DNA of 64,000 nucleotides from a virus (IMGVR_UViG_3300027804_000045:1-64000), one strand, 5' to 3'. Positions 38,892-48,744 are shown, counted from the stretch's first letter. Made by a program: numbers and translations. The notes: generated by a model not told the origin, from the letters alone.

Positions 38892-39094
38892 CCCCTCGCT
38901 ACGATTACTCCATATCTAAACATATGTTTTTCGACATCATGCTTTTCCAATGCTTCTTCAACTAATTTTATCATCTTTTCGCTATTACCACAAATGATTT
39001 CCAATGGAAATTCTTTTTGATTCATATAAACAAAATCTTCAACCATGACTGTTACATCACAGTGGCGAATACCATGTAAATCAAGCTTTCTCAT
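38882..39094 (-). CDS. Small Smr-domain-like protein
   Basis: LDLHG...IICG pattern. Confidence 0.55.
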   Translation of the reverse strand: MRKLDLHGIRHCDVTVMVEDFVYMNQKEFPLEIICGNSEKMIKLVEEALEKHDVEKHMFRYGVIVARGWR

Positions 39095-39437
39095 TTGGTA
39101 TAAAGTTTTTGTCTACGCTAGGTAAACAACCTGCAACTATCCACCACCAGAAATTGATGAATGGTACGAACCACAACAATACCCATAATGGATGTATGTC
39201 TGCGTCACGGCATCGCCTTACAGTTGTTGCTAGTGTTAGCCACACACTACCAACTAACCAGGCTAATGTTAGCACGATAATAAGAAAGCCACCGGTCATG
39301 GGACTAGCAAAAGCAACTATACCTGCTAATATAACTGAGACAACATATACCATCCAACCTACAAAAAATGTAAGTAGTGTAGTTGCCCAATATTCTTGGC
39401 GTTTTGCTAAACCTTGAAAACTAAAATATTTTGTCAT
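39081..39437 (-). CDS. DUF805-like inner membrane protein
   Basis: FSFQG.A.RQEYW, VRRCRDA, three TM segments. Confidence 0.8.
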   Translation of the reverse strand: MTKYFSFQGLAKRQEYWATTLLTFFVGWMVYVVSVILAGIVAFASPMTGGFLIIVLTLAWLVGSVWLTLATTVRRCRDADIHPLWVLLWFVPFINFWWWIVAGCLPSVDKNFIPNEKA

Positions 39438-39825
39438 CAGTGATCTCTCCTATCCTTTTATAACCTTTAGTAGTTGGATGTACACCGTCGTTTGATAGAT
39501 ATGGAATACGTAAAGTCCAATCTTCAAACATCTCGGCGACATTTTCTACTGTTTGCTGAATCTCTAAATTATTAGCGGGTAGTATCCAATATACTTTATC
39601 TGCTTGAACACGATTACGCAAGTTGATCAATTCATTGATCGTCTTGATATTTTTATAGTCATTAGATCCTAGACTGATCACTACAATTTTGGCAGCAAAA
39701 TCAATCTTATATTTTCTATTGAAATCTCGGCTATTGATTCCAACTTGCGCATAACTGTCACATTCTGGTCTTGTAGAATGTGCCCCTACAGCTATGCTAT
39801 CACCAAGAAATAGACACTCAATCAT
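39421..39825 (-). CDS. SGNH/GDSL hydrolase
   Basis: LGDSIA, ISLGSND, DGVHP. Confidence 0.85.
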   Translation of the reverse strand: MIECLFLGDSIAVGAHSTRPECDSYAQVGINSRDFNRKYKIDFAAKIVVISLGSNDYKNIKTINELINLRNRVQADKVYWILPANNLEIQQTVENVAEMFEDWTLRIPYLSNDGVHPTTKGYKRIGEITDDKIF

Positions 39826-40292
39826 TCTGTATACCTCTTTTGATTTTCTGCTTGCCAAACACGCTCACGCAAGTTCGTGCTACTGAAACTATGATCTCTT
39901 CCATTGAACACAAGTTTTATCTTACGCTTCTCGCAAATTGCTCGACCAGTGAACTCACTTTGCATATACTCAACACCTAATATGCGAACGTCAATTGGTA
40001 ATGTGAGCAATATATCTTCTAGGTCCTTTTCGCTATTGTAGACAACAATTTCGTCTACAAAACGCACAGCACTTAGTTGAATCTGACGTTCAACTAAACT
40101 CTGAATAGGTGCGTTCTTTTGTGGTCTATCCCAGCTTGCGTTATTTTGCAATCCGCAAATCAAGTAATCACAATGATTCTTTGCCTCTGCTAACATAGCA
40201 ATATGACCTGCATGTAATAGGTCAAACTGACTAAAGGTAATACCAATAATCAGTCCCTTATCCTTCAAATCTTTTACTTTGTTGAATATCAT
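39822..40292 (-). CDS. tagD: Glycerol-3-phosphate cytidylyltransferase-like protein 2
   Basis: FDLLHAGH, DYLICGLQ, FVDEI, RDHSFSSTNLR; paralog of 36885..37346. Confidence 0.85.
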   Translation of the reverse strand: MIFNKVKDLKDKGLIIGITFSQFDLLHAGHIAMLAEAKNHCDYLICGLQNNASWDRPQKNAPIQSLVERQIQLSAVRFVDEIVVYNSEKDLEDILLTLPIDVRILGVEYMQSEFTGRAICEKRKIKLVFNGRDHSFSSTNLRERVWQAENQKRYTE

Positions 40293-40546
40293 CTTTTCAA
40301 CTCACTCCATACACGTTTTTTATCTTGTTCTTCTAACCATTCTTCTTCGCCACTAAATGTTGGCTGACGTTTTATACACTCATCAAGCAACCACTTGATT
40401 TCATATAATTCTTTTTTGATTCCCCATTGAGTGAAACCGTCATTGTAAGTGCTACAGATTTCTCCATGAGCCGTCAACAACTGCATCTTTACAACATGTG
40501 CTTCTAGCGGTTTCCTAAATCCCATTTGCCACCTTGTTGGTATCAA
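40289..40546 (-). CDS. Small conserved hypothetical protein
   Basis: NDGFTQW..K..LY...P.FSGE.EW. Confidence 0.55.
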   Translation of the reverse strand: MIPTRWQMGFRKPLEAHVVKMQLLTAHGEICSTYNDGFTQWGIKKELYEIKWLLDECIKRQPTFSGEEEWLEEQDKKRVWSELKR

Positions 40547-40672
40547 TAATAATTTCTAATGCCTGCTTAAGCAACTTCTCTAGTTCCCAAAGTTTCTTTT
40601 CGTTGAGTTCTAGTTTGGCTTCTAATGTACAGACCTTAGTGAATAACTCTGTGTCGAAATCACTTCCTTCTT

Positions 40673-41353
40673 TCATTTGCAGCCTGCTCTTGCGATATTA
40701 TAGAACTCTTGTCTAGCAGCAGGATCAGTCTTGAATCCGCCACCTAAACGACTAGTGACAGTTGAACTACCAGTATCCTCGACACCGCGACTCTTGACAC
40801 AATAATGCTGCGCGTCAATCATAACAGCAACATCATCTGTTTCAAGAATGAAACACAATGTGTGGAAAATCTGTTCAGTCAATCGTTCTTGAATTTGTGG
40901 GCGCTTTGCAAAATATTCTACAATTCGATTGATCTTACTTAGACCAAGCACTTTCTTCTTGGGAACATATGCTACCGTTGCAAGACCATCGATGACAACA
41001 AAATGATGTTCGCAATTGCTTTGTACATTGACATTTCTCTCAACGACCATCTCATTGTAGTGCATCTTGTTATCAACAGTCGTACACTTAGGGAATGCTT
41101 CATAGTCAAGGCCCCAAAAAATTTCATTTGTATACATTTTGGCAACACGCTTTGGCGTTTCTGCTAGGCTATCATCACTTAGATCAAGACCCAATGTTCG
41201 CATGATTGCTGCGAAATGGCCTTCAATGATGTCAATCTTTTCTTTACGGTCTAGTGTATTTTCTTTTGTAGGCGTTTCAACGCCGACACTTACTAGATAT
41301 TCGTGAACACGCTTGCCCAACTCGGGATCGGTCTTTGTCTTATTATAACTCAT
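40673..41353 (-). CDS. folE: GTP cyclohydrolase I
   Basis: TPKRVAKM, SNCEHHF, GLSKINR, RPQIQERLT, HYCVKSRG. Confidence 0.96.
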   Translation of the reverse strand: MSYNKTKTDPELGKRVHEYLVSVGVETPTKENTLDRKEKIDIIEGHFAAIMRTLGLDLSDDSLAETPKRVAKMYTNEIFWGLDYEAFPKCTTVDNKMHYNEMVVERNVNVQSNCEHHFVVIDGLATVAYVPKKKVLGLSKINRIVEYFAKRPQIQERLTEQIFHTLCFILETDDVAVMIDAQHYCVKSRGVEDTGSSTVTSRLGGGFKTDPAARQEFYNIARAGCK

Positions 41354-41425
41354 TGTGTTTCTCCTTCCTTACACGGATAAAAATTATATAAACATGCTAC
41401 CGTTGTGTAGCATATGTATTTATTG

Positions 41426-42187
41426 TCAATCAATATAACCCTTATTTTTAAGATAAGGAATCATGATTTTGTCAACTAAAGCTTTATTTTGTTCTGTAGA
41501 TGGATGCGTTCCTAATTCTTTTATTTCAGGGTACCCGGATTCATTTATAAACCAGTCCCATGCATTGTCAATAGGTAACCATTGGTTCCAGTCTATCATA
41601 TCATGTAAATTTTGTATATCTGGGTGCAATGGTAATTTAAGATCGTTATCATTAAAACTTGTTCTAAAAGTCCATTGGTTAATATTAGTGAAAAAATACT
41701 TGATGTTTAATTTTTCACATAGCCACTGTACCCTTAATATATTTTCTAAAGTTTGGATCGCGCTACCCTTATAGTCATAAAAATTTTTATAATAATTTTT
41801 ACTTAATTCATCGTCCCATAATGGCTGTATTAGGTAATAATTTTTATTTGGATCTTCCATATCTATGCTACAAGGATTACTATAATTATAAATTCCCCAA
41901 TCTATTTTACAATAGTCGTATGGTTTAGTTTCTGAGAAAAATTCTTGTCTCGTATGACTACTCCACATGATGCCAACCAAAATTTCTTCTGGTTTATATG
42001 ATTTTAAAACTTTATTAATGTAGTAAATAGCTCTTTTACTAATAATACCATTACTACCTGCACCCTGACCAAGATATAAGACTTCACAACCTAAAAATTC
42101 TGCTAAAGGTTTTGGCCAGTTTGTTGCTGTGTTCGGTACTTGTGTATAACTACAGCCTAAAGTTATTAGTAATTTAGGATTTGCCAT
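41426..42187 (-). CDS. SGNH-hydrolase-like protein
   Basis: LGCSYT, GAGSN..I, IMWS...R, THPS. Confidence 0.7.
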   Translation of the reverse strand: MANPKLLITLGCSYTQVPNTATNWPKPLAEFLGCEVLYLGQGAGSNGIISKRAIYYINKVLKSYKPEEILVGIMWSSHTRQEFFSETKPYDYCKIDWGIYNYSNPCSIDMEDPNKNYYLIQPLWDDELSKNYYKNFYDYKGSAIQTLENILRVQWLCEKLNIKYFFTNINQWTFRTSFNDNDLKLPLHPDIQNLHDMIDWNQWLPIDNAWDWFINESGYPEIKELGTHPSTEQNKALVDKIMIPYLKNKGYID

Positions 42188-43214
42188 TTGCGAATACACC
42201 GTTGTATTGCTGCGTCACTCTTACAAAAGTCGTACACTTGCTTAGATTTTTTAAACTATCAGCGCCTACGTATGTGCAGGTACTGCGTATACCACCTAGT
42301 ATATCAAGGACAGTACTACCTACTGGGCCGCGATATGGAACACGTACTGTGCGACCTTCGCTACTACGATACTCAGCAACACCACCATTATGTTTATTCA
42401 TGGCAGTATCGCTGCTCATACCATAAAACATACGATATTGCTTATCCCCTTCTAGGATGATTTCTCCACCGCCCTCATCATGTCCAGCAAACATGCCGCC
42501 TAGCATCACAAAATCAGCCCCGGCGCCAAAGGCTTTAGCGACATCACCAGGGCAAGTGCAGCCACCGTCAGCAATAATATGACCACCAAGACCATGAGCC
42601 GCATCGGCGCACTCAATGATTGCTGAGAGTTGAGGATATCCCACACCAGTTTGTATGCGAGTAGTACACACACTGCCAGGACCAATGCCAACTTTAATGA
42701 TATCTGCTCCACGTAATATCAACTCCTGTGTCATATCTGCTGTAACAACGTTACCAGCAATAATTGTTTTCTTTGGATACTTCTCACGAATCTTACTGAC
42801 AAATATACCAAAGTGTTCACTATAACCATTAGCAACGTCAATACAGATATATTGAATTTCTGGATATACATTAAAAATCTGTTGTAATCTTTCTAAATCT
42901 TTATCACTGGTACCAGTACTGACAGCAAAATAGTCAGTACCAATCTTAAAAATACTATCAGCAATCATATCAAATGTATGACTCTTAGTCAAGCAAGTGA
43001 ATAGTTTGTGACGGCTGATTTCTTCAGCCATACCAAGTGTGCCAACACCGTCCATGTTAGCAGCCATGATGGGGATACCGTTATAGACTTTGCCGCTATG
43101 TTTGAAAGTATACTTACGTTCAAGGTCTACCTCTTTACGGCTACTCAACGTACTACGTTTAGGACGGAATAGTACGTCTTTAAAATCTAACTTGATATCT
43201 TCTTCAATTCTCAT
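42174..43214 (-). CDS. guaC: GMP reductase
   Basis: [51 protein letters not shown]. Confidence 0.97.
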   Translation of the reverse strand: MRIEEDIKLDFKDVLFRPKRSTLSSRKEVDLERKYTFKHSGKVYNGIPIMAANMDGVGTLGMAEEISRHKLFTCLTKSHTFDMIADSIFKIGTDYFAVSTGTSDKDLERLQQIFNVYPEIQYICIDVANGYSEHFGIFVSKIREKYPKKTIIAGNVVTADMTQELILRGADIIKVGIGPGSVCTTRIQTGVGYPQLSAIIECADAAHGLGGHIIADGGCTCPGDVAKAFGAGADFVMLGGMFAGHDEGGGEIILEGDKQYRMFYGMSSDTAMNKHNGGVAEYRSSEGRTVRVPYRGPVGSTVLDILGGIRSTCTYVGADSLKNLSKCTTFVRVTQQYNGVFANGKS

Positions 43215-43375
43215 TTTCTCTGATGCTCTTCGTAATAGGTAAAGGAACAAATTGCGCTACAAAAATATATTGTAACATTTTGTTCCTTTGTTGTATAATA
43301 TTTCGGATGACCCCACTCATCGATAGTAGTGGGGTCAAAGTCCTTGTAAGTTCTTTTACAAACTTCGCAAATCAA
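43211..43375 (-). CDS. Small TRASH/YHS-like zinc-binding protein (54 aa, not in ORF track)
   Basis: TTG-start translation [54 protein letters not shown]: CxxC...FCSxxC; ATGA overlap with guaC. Confidence 0.6.
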   Translation of the reverse strand: MICEVCKRTYKDFDPTTIDEWGHPKYYTTKEQNVTIYFCSAICSFTYYEEHQRK

Positions 43376-43378
43376 ATA

Positions 43379-43567
43379 TTAGCCCTTTGCTTCCTTACGT
43401 GCGTTCTTAGTAGCTGTGATTTCGTTACGGCGTGCCTTGACAGCCTTAGCGAGTTCACCTAGAGCCTTACGTGCGCGTGTACCGGCAGCGTTATTGCCCT
43501 TCTCAAACTTCTCATGTTCAACTTGATAGTCGGCTAGTCTAGCCAAAATGTCATCATGTGCGCTCAT
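43379..43567 (-). CDS. Histone H1-like (Hc1-family) nucleoid protein
   Basis: KFEKGNNAAGTRARKALGELAK...R.EI signature. Confidence 0.8.
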   Translation of the reverse strand: MSAHDDILARLADYQVEHEKFEKGNNAAGTRARKALGELAKAVKARRNEITATKNARKEAKG

Positions 43568-43956
43568 TTCTTTTCTCCTACATTGTTAAAAGTTAATTCA
43601 ATCGTACCACCTTGCTCAAACTGATTCCAAGCAAGAATTTCTTTACCACCATTGCTACTCTGTACGAACACAGTACCGTTCGCATTAGCAGTCATAGTAA
43701 TTGTTTGTGCGTTTGGATCCATCCAACCGCGATCTACCCATACACCAGCAGTGGGACCAAAACTCGCACTACCTTGCATGAACCATACGTTCGGCTGTTG
43801 CCAGAACTTCAATGCGTTAGTGTTGTTTACATCACTAGTTGTATTTGTCCAACTAGTACCCGGCTTTATATTACCAATATCCCCTACGGTGTTATGTGTC
43901 ACCGTGATATTATAGTTAGTATTATTGTTAATCGTCAAAGTTGCTTGCCAACTCAT
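43564..43956 (-). CDS. Beta-rich hypothetical protein
   Basis: 130 aa, rich in N/T/W/G; I.N.T.YNI N-terminus; GAGG SD. Confidence 0.6.
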   Translation of the reverse strand: MSWQATLTINNNTNYNITVTHNTVGDIGNIKPGTSWTNTTSDVNNTNALKFWQQPNVWFMQGSASFGPTAGVWVDRGWMDPNAQTITMTANANGTVFVQSSNGGKEILAWNQFEQGGTIELTFNNVGEKK

Positions 43957-43967
43957 ATATTACCCTC

Positions 43968-45137
43968 TTAGTATTTGCTTTCTCTTGTATGCTTACGATA
44001 ATCCGTAGTCATACGTAACCATTGCTCACCCTTGCCTTCAAGGATGTCGCATATTCTATCTATCGTCTTATCAGTCCAGTCGCTAATTTGTCCAATTCGT
44101 GGATGCTCATTGAATACCCAGTGATTGAGTTTATTCAATGCGTCATCTTGCGACCAAGGCACATACAATCGTGTATGATCGTTAGCAAACGTTTCTGGGA
44201 AACTGCGATATGCTGGATATACAACATTACAACCTAATGCGTCCGCTTCGCTGACAGTGTTGCTGACCCAGTCTTGCAAAGCACAGTTGAATAATACACG
44301 GCTGTCATTCAATATTCCATAATATTCGTCTTTACTGAGGTCGCTATAGATGCTTAGTTTGCCTTCATCTTGTAATCTATAAGTTCGTTCCATATATGAA
44401 CTATTATTGCTACGTAGTTTTGCACCACTCAATAATGCGAATTCAACGTCACCGTTGTGCATCTTTGTGTACTTTTCAATGATGTCCATATAAAAGTCGG
44501 GTTGCTTTTCTTGATCCCAACGTGCAGCAAAAACGACTCGTCGCTTTTTCAACTCAAATGGTTTGACAGATTTTACACGACTACGCACTTCATCTTTACC
44601 AAATGCTAGACCACTGATATTGTAGATAGGAGCCTTCCAGCCCGCGACCTTCATATGCATGACCATCTCTTCGTTGCTAGCAAGAATGATACAAAACTCA
44701 TTGATCATTTCTTCATACTTACGCATGAAACCTTCCATGCCCCATACGTGTAAGAAATCATCAGGATCGATAGTTTGTGCCAAGCAACGAACAAAAATCT
44801 TTGGACGATACTGTTCCGGAACTTGTTTGATAATGTATGCTAGGCTCTCAAGACCTGATGTATACATATCTTCAAAATAAATCACATCGTCACTAGTGAC
44901 TTCGCCACTTTTCATCAACTTGATTAGATTAGCCATCTGTGTGAGGCTATAATGTGTGCGACCATGTGCGTCAAGCACCTGACCTACTACGATGTTTTGA
45001 TCGCTAGATAGCGTATCGCCGGGAACGATAACATAATGTATTCCGCGATTCCTAAATACACGCTCATTCCAGTCAGTTAGTTGTAATGTATAGCGAGCCT
45101 TGTATGGCTCAAGTCCCATGTAAAATAATTTTCTCAT
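43968..45137 (-). CDS. GT-B glycosyltransferase A
   Basis: FAARWDQEKQPDF, QDWVSNTVSEA, YPAYRSFPE. Confidence 0.82.
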   Translation of the reverse strand: MRKLFYMGLEPYKARYTLQLTDWNERVFRNRGIHYVIVPGDTLSSDQNIVVGQVLDAHGRTHYSLTQMANLIKLMKSGEVTSDDVIYFEDMYTSGLESLAYIIKQVPEQYRPKIFVRCLAQTIDPDDFLHVWGMEGFMRKYEEMINEFCIILASNEEMVMHMKVAGWKAPIYNISGLAFGKDEVRSRVKSVKPFELKKRRVVFAARWDQEKQPDFYMDIIEKYTKMHNGDVEFALLSGAKLRSNNSSYMERTYRLQDEGKLSIYSDLSKDEYYGILNDSRVLFNCALQDWVSNTVSEADALGCNVVYPAYRSFPETFANDHTRLYVPWSQDDALNKLNHWVFNEHPRIGQISDWTDKTIDRICDILEGKGEQWLRMTTDYRKHTRESKY

Positions 45138-45145
45138 AACACCTC

Positions 45146-45174
45146 AAAAGATACGAGGGGTTGCCCCCTCGTAT
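45146..45174 (-). terminator. GNRA hairpin / weak terminator
   Basis: ATACGAGGGG-GCAA-CCCCTCGTAT-CTTTT on the minus strand. Confidence 0.65.
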
Positions 45175-45183
45175 ATATTATTA

Positions 45184-45393
45184 TCAAGCTGACTTACTGT
45201 CAAGCTCCCACATGTCCTTGAAGGGCTTTCCTTGCATGTATTTCGTAAATTGCCTGAAGGCAAAACTACGATTACTATACAGTTCAGCCTCGTCAAACTT
45301 ATAACCATATAAACGACAGAAGTTACGATAACCGTCAAGATCATCAAAAATCTGATTTACCTGGTTGTTTGAACGCTTTTCATTTCTAGACAT
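45184..45393 (-). CDS. Small conserved hypothetical protein
   Basis: IFDDLD.YRNFC..YGY.FDEA.LY; AGGAG SD. Confidence 0.65.
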   Translation of the reverse strand: MSRNEKRSNNQVNQIFDDLDGYRNFCRLYGYKFDEAELYSNRSFAFRQFTKYMQGKPFKDMWELDSKSA

Positions 45394-45451
45394 TTTCTAT
45401 CTCCTAATTAAGTTGAACACAAGTTTATAATAACAGAAAGATATTTAAAAA

Positions 45452-46567
45452 TCAAACATCTTTCCACCCAGCCTGTCGCATCAAATGATGCGCCCAAACC
45501 AAATGACCTAAATATGTTGGGTGATTATTATGGTAAATTTGACCCGGTACAGATTTCATACCTATATAATCATGCAAACGATGTATCGCTTCAACCTCAC
45601 TTTCCATCCATTCTAGTGGTATAATCAAATTTTTGCCTACTTCACGCTTATAGTCATCAAATACATAAGCCATGATCATATATACATTTACGTCACTGTG
45701 ATTAACTAATTTGGCTGTATGTGTGATCCAATTTGTTTCAATAAATTTGAAATTATAATCTCTTTTATTGCTTACAAATTTTGTAAAATTTCTCCACATA
45801 ATACCTTCAATTGGGCATGCCGTGAAACTATTTAGGATTCTATTAAAGTGTTCAAAGAAAATTTCATCATACATTGCTAACCAATCTACGATGTGAATTT
45901 TATTATCTATCGGATAGTTAAACCAATCATTTATTGGATGCGATTTAAAAAGTTTAGTATCAGATATATTAAGTTCCCTGCTAGGATCGGTCAATTGCAT
46001 AGATACATAAACCTTTTTATATCCTAATGTAGCAACGTGTTTTAGTATCCTTTCTAAATCGGTATGCATATACAGATTACAATTACCTGGAATAGCAAAT
46101 TGATAATAGTCCCAGCCTGTAGCCTCGGCAATTCTAGCACCAAAGCAGTATTGTAATTGTATGTCTAAATGGTATTGACCCACGCCGGTCGCGATCTGTC
46201 GCGTCATATCGTATGGATCAAATAAAATTTCTCCATAGGTCCAGCTCTCTCCAATGTTCACAAATAGTGTATCACTACCTCGTATAACATGAAACTCTGT
46301 ATTTTTTACCGGATTTTCAATCATGATTGGTTTCATGTTGTCATCAGTCATCAAGATTTTTGACGCGGTAAGACTGGTTTGGCCAAATCTCCAGTCAGTT
46401 TGACTCCCGGACCTATGTTTAGATGGATCTAGCTCATAATAATTAGATTTTTCAATTATATTTGGTTCAGGATGGCGTCCTGTAAAAGTTGGTGAAAATG
46501 GAACAGCCTGTCTATTAGGCTTGAGTGCATCCAGCCTGTCTTTAAGGATGTTAAAACTTTCAGTCAT
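45452..46567 (-). CDS. SGNH-hydrolase-like protein
   Basis: IGESWTYG, PGNCN, QLTDPSR, NHPT..GH..WA. Confidence 0.65.
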   Translation of the reverse strand: MTESFNILKDRLDALKPNRQAVPFSPTFTGRHPEPNIIEKSNYYELDPSKHRSGSQTDWRFGQTSLTASKILMTDDNMKPIMIENPVKNTEFHVIRGSDTLFVNIGESWTYGEILFDPYDMTRQIATGVGQYHLDIQLQYCFGARIAEATGWDYYQFAIPGNCNLYMHTDLERILKHVATLGYKKVYVSMQLTDPSRELNISDTKLFKSHPINDWFNYPIDNKIHIVDWLAMYDEIFFEHFNRILNSFTACPIEGIMWRNFTKFVSNKRDYNFKFIETNWITHTAKLVNHSDVNVYMIMAYVFDDYKREVGKNLIIPLEWMESEVEAIHRLHDYIGMKSVPGQIYHNNHPTYLGHLVWAHHLMRQAGWKDV

Positions 46568-47019
46568 TATATGACTATGTTTAGATTTGGTTTTGTGGTA
46601 TTGTAACGAATCGTGGCACCGTTCTCACCATCTTCACTGACAGTGATTTCAATGTCACGGCCTGGGTAACGACTAGCAATAACTTCATAGAGGTCATCGC
46701 TAATCATCTCACAACTCTTGAAGTTTAGTTCCAGTGTGCCTTGGTAGAGACTTTCTAACCAACGCTTGAACTGGATAAACTCAATATCCCTATCGTTGTG
46801 AAATACTTCAATGCTTACGTTGAAATGAAAAATGTGCCTGTGTTCGTTTGCGAGAAACGCAACATCTGCAAGTTTAGGATCTGTAGCAGCAGCAGGAAAT
46901 TTATGAATACCTTCACGCTGAAGGGTAACCCAAATAAATCGTTTGGCTGCGTTGCTAATGCGAACACGTTTATCAGCCATAGCCTGTTCTGCTTGATAGA
47001 TTACTGGATCTTCACTCAT
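46567..47019 (-). CDS. QueD-paralogous T-fold protein (DpdL-like)
   Basis: EGIH.FP, LANEHRHIF (LxxxHRHxF), DRDIEF, SCEMI, VSEDGENG. Confidence 0.75.
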   Translation of the reverse strand: MSEDPVIYQAEQAMADKRVRISNAAKRFIWVTLQREGIHKFPAAATDPKLADVAFLANEHRHIFHFNVSIEVFHNDRDIEFIQFKRWLESLYQGTLELNFKSCEMISDDLYEVIASRYPGRDIEITVSEDGENGATIRYNTTKPNLNIVI

Positions 47020-47192
47020 CGTTCTTCTTCCATTTTGATACGTTCATGATTTTCTTCCCATTCAAGTCTATGCATCTTTTTGATCTCGGACTGAATCTGC
47101 AACACTTTGTAAATGTTTTCCGAATCGTGCGGCCCAAGTCCAAGTTGTTTCAACTTTTCTTCTAAAATTCTAATTTGTTGTGTATAAGCCAT
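47016..47192 (-). CDS. Small hypothetical protein
   Basis: 58 aa from MAYTQQ; GGAG SD. Confidence 0.55.
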   Translation of the reverse strand: MAYTQQIRILEEKLKQLGLGPHDSENIYKVLQIQSEIKKMHRLEWEENHERIKMEEER

Positions 47193-47193
47193 G

Positions 47194-48744
47194 TTAGTTC
47201 TCCAAAACTTCATTGATAGCCTCATCACTATCTTCTATTGTTTCTTCAACCTCTTCCTCAACTTTTTCAACACTAAACAATTCATCAAACATCGTCATAG
47301 CATTCACAGTACGCTTACCGCTGATGCCCTGACTACCACTCTGCATTTGCATCCAGAACTTGTTATAGTATTCTATCACATTCAAACTATCTTCTCTAGT
47401 TTTCTGGCTGAATACTTCATCTACAACTTTACCGAAATAGATACCAAAATTCTCATTCATGATCATCTTGGGAATCACACCTTGTTCATACTGGCGATTC
47501 GCCTCTTGGACAGCGGTGATATGCTGATATACATTATGGGCTTGAATCAATGTGTATGAAAGTGTATCCCAACTTGTTTTTGTCTCTTTACCTTGATTAT
47601 TTATGAAACCCTGCCCACGATAGCATAGGTCGCGTATCATCATTCGTTCAGTCACAGGACTGTCAGTGAAAACTTCATGTATGCCGTCTGCGATTACAGC
47701 ATCGCTAAACTTGCGATTGTCGTTGGCATAGTCTTTGCTCTCGGCGGTCTTTTCCATGCTATATGACCACTTCTTGTCGTGTTCAATATTAGTGTTGAAA
47801 TATGCTAGACCTTTAGCAGCGCCATAGAATGGGCTAGCACAGTCAAATGTAATCATAAAGTTTGGGTTATGATACTTACGTATTGCCTTTTGGATGTCAC
47901 TAAAAAGTACAGCATATTCCATGATACTAGTACCAAGGCAGTGTAACAAGTCATGCTTGCCAGGAATTAAAAGGCCATCATGGATAATATGTACGAGGCG
48001 CTTCAGCATCAAGTGAATATCAATCTTGTTTTGGCCACCGAACGCCCAGCCATTGAAATGATTATCTGGGTAGATATTTGGGTCGCAATACTTTTTCATT
48101 TCTTGATACCAGTCATCACTTTGCTTGTGATTACGACCCTGCATTACGTTTAAGAATTTACAACGACCATCACGGTTCTTGATAAAGTATTCGTTGTTGA
48201 TATGTGTGGCTGCAATCGCTTCTTCAATTGTGCTGATACCATGCGCACTCTTGCCGGTTTTCTTATCCTTGATATGATACGTGGTCAAACTCTGTGATGG
48301 AATATCAAGACACATACCATAATCCATATATGTATCCATCCACTTCAAAACGGCCTTGCGCTTTTCTAGTGCGCGTGGGCAGTTAGGGTCTTTCCAATCT
48401 GCTGGCCACTGACACTTGAGAATCTGGAATCCGCCACTATCTCCTAACATGAACGTGCCTGGCTCTCTGCGTCTAATGATACTTTCGGCTGGATCGTCCA
48501 CATTAATATCAAGGTTGGCATGACCCGCACTATAGAGACCCCACTTATAAGTGTATAAGCCTTGTGTACTATTCAAAAAATTAAGGCATTCAACATCACC
48601 ATTGAACCCTGCAGGGACACGTTCAGCAGGAAAGTAATTCTCACCTTCGCGCTGCTTTCCTAGCCCACTAATAAAGAATGAACTAACTGCGGGCAAGAAT
48701 AATGCCCAATCTGGATTTTGTTGTTTGGATAAGTCAATAGTCAT
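47194..48744 (-). CDS. dpdA: TGT-fold guanine transglycosylase (DpdA-like DNA 7-deazaguanine insertase)
   Basis: DSGGFQ, CLDIP, MQG, GWAFGG, HCLG, FDCAS; lacks the CxCxxC Zn site of tRNA TGTs; clustered with folE/queD/queE. Confidence 0.82.
   Translation of the reverse strand: MTIDLSKQQNPDWALFLPAVSSFFISGLGKQREGENYFPAERVPAGFNGDVECLNFLNSTQGLYTYKWGLYSAGHANLDINVDDPAESIIRRREPGTFMLGDSGGFQILKCQWPADWKDPNCPRALEKRKAVLKWMDTYMDYGMCLDIPSQSLTTYHIKDKKTGKSAHGISTIEEAIAATHINNEYFIKNRDGRCKFLNVMQGRNHKQSDDWYQEMKKYCDPNIYPDNHFNGWAFGGQNKIDIHLMLKRLVHIIHDGLLIPGKHDLLHCLGTSIMEYAVLFSDIQKAIRKYHNPNFMITFDCASPFYGAAKGLAYFNTNIEHDKKWSYSMEKTAESKDYANDNRKFSDAVIADGIHEVFTDSPVTERMMIRDLCYRGQGFINNQGKETKTSWDTLSYTLIQAHNVYQHITAVQEANRQYEQGVIPKMIMNENFGIYFGKVVDEVFSQKTREDSLNVIEYYNKFWMQMQSGSQGISGKRTVNAMTMFDELFSVEKVEEEVEETIEDSDEAINEVLEN

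Noticed and set aside
43215-43378. Purine riboswitch upstream of guaC
   Set aside because: Lacks the purine aptamer core and loop-loop sequences; the region has a credible Zn-finger ORF instead.
47194-48744. Canonical tRNA-guanine transglycosylase for queuosine
   Set aside because: No CxCxxC Zn site, no queC/queF/queA in the window, and it sits next to PolB and the clamp, so a DNA-acting DpdA is more plausible.
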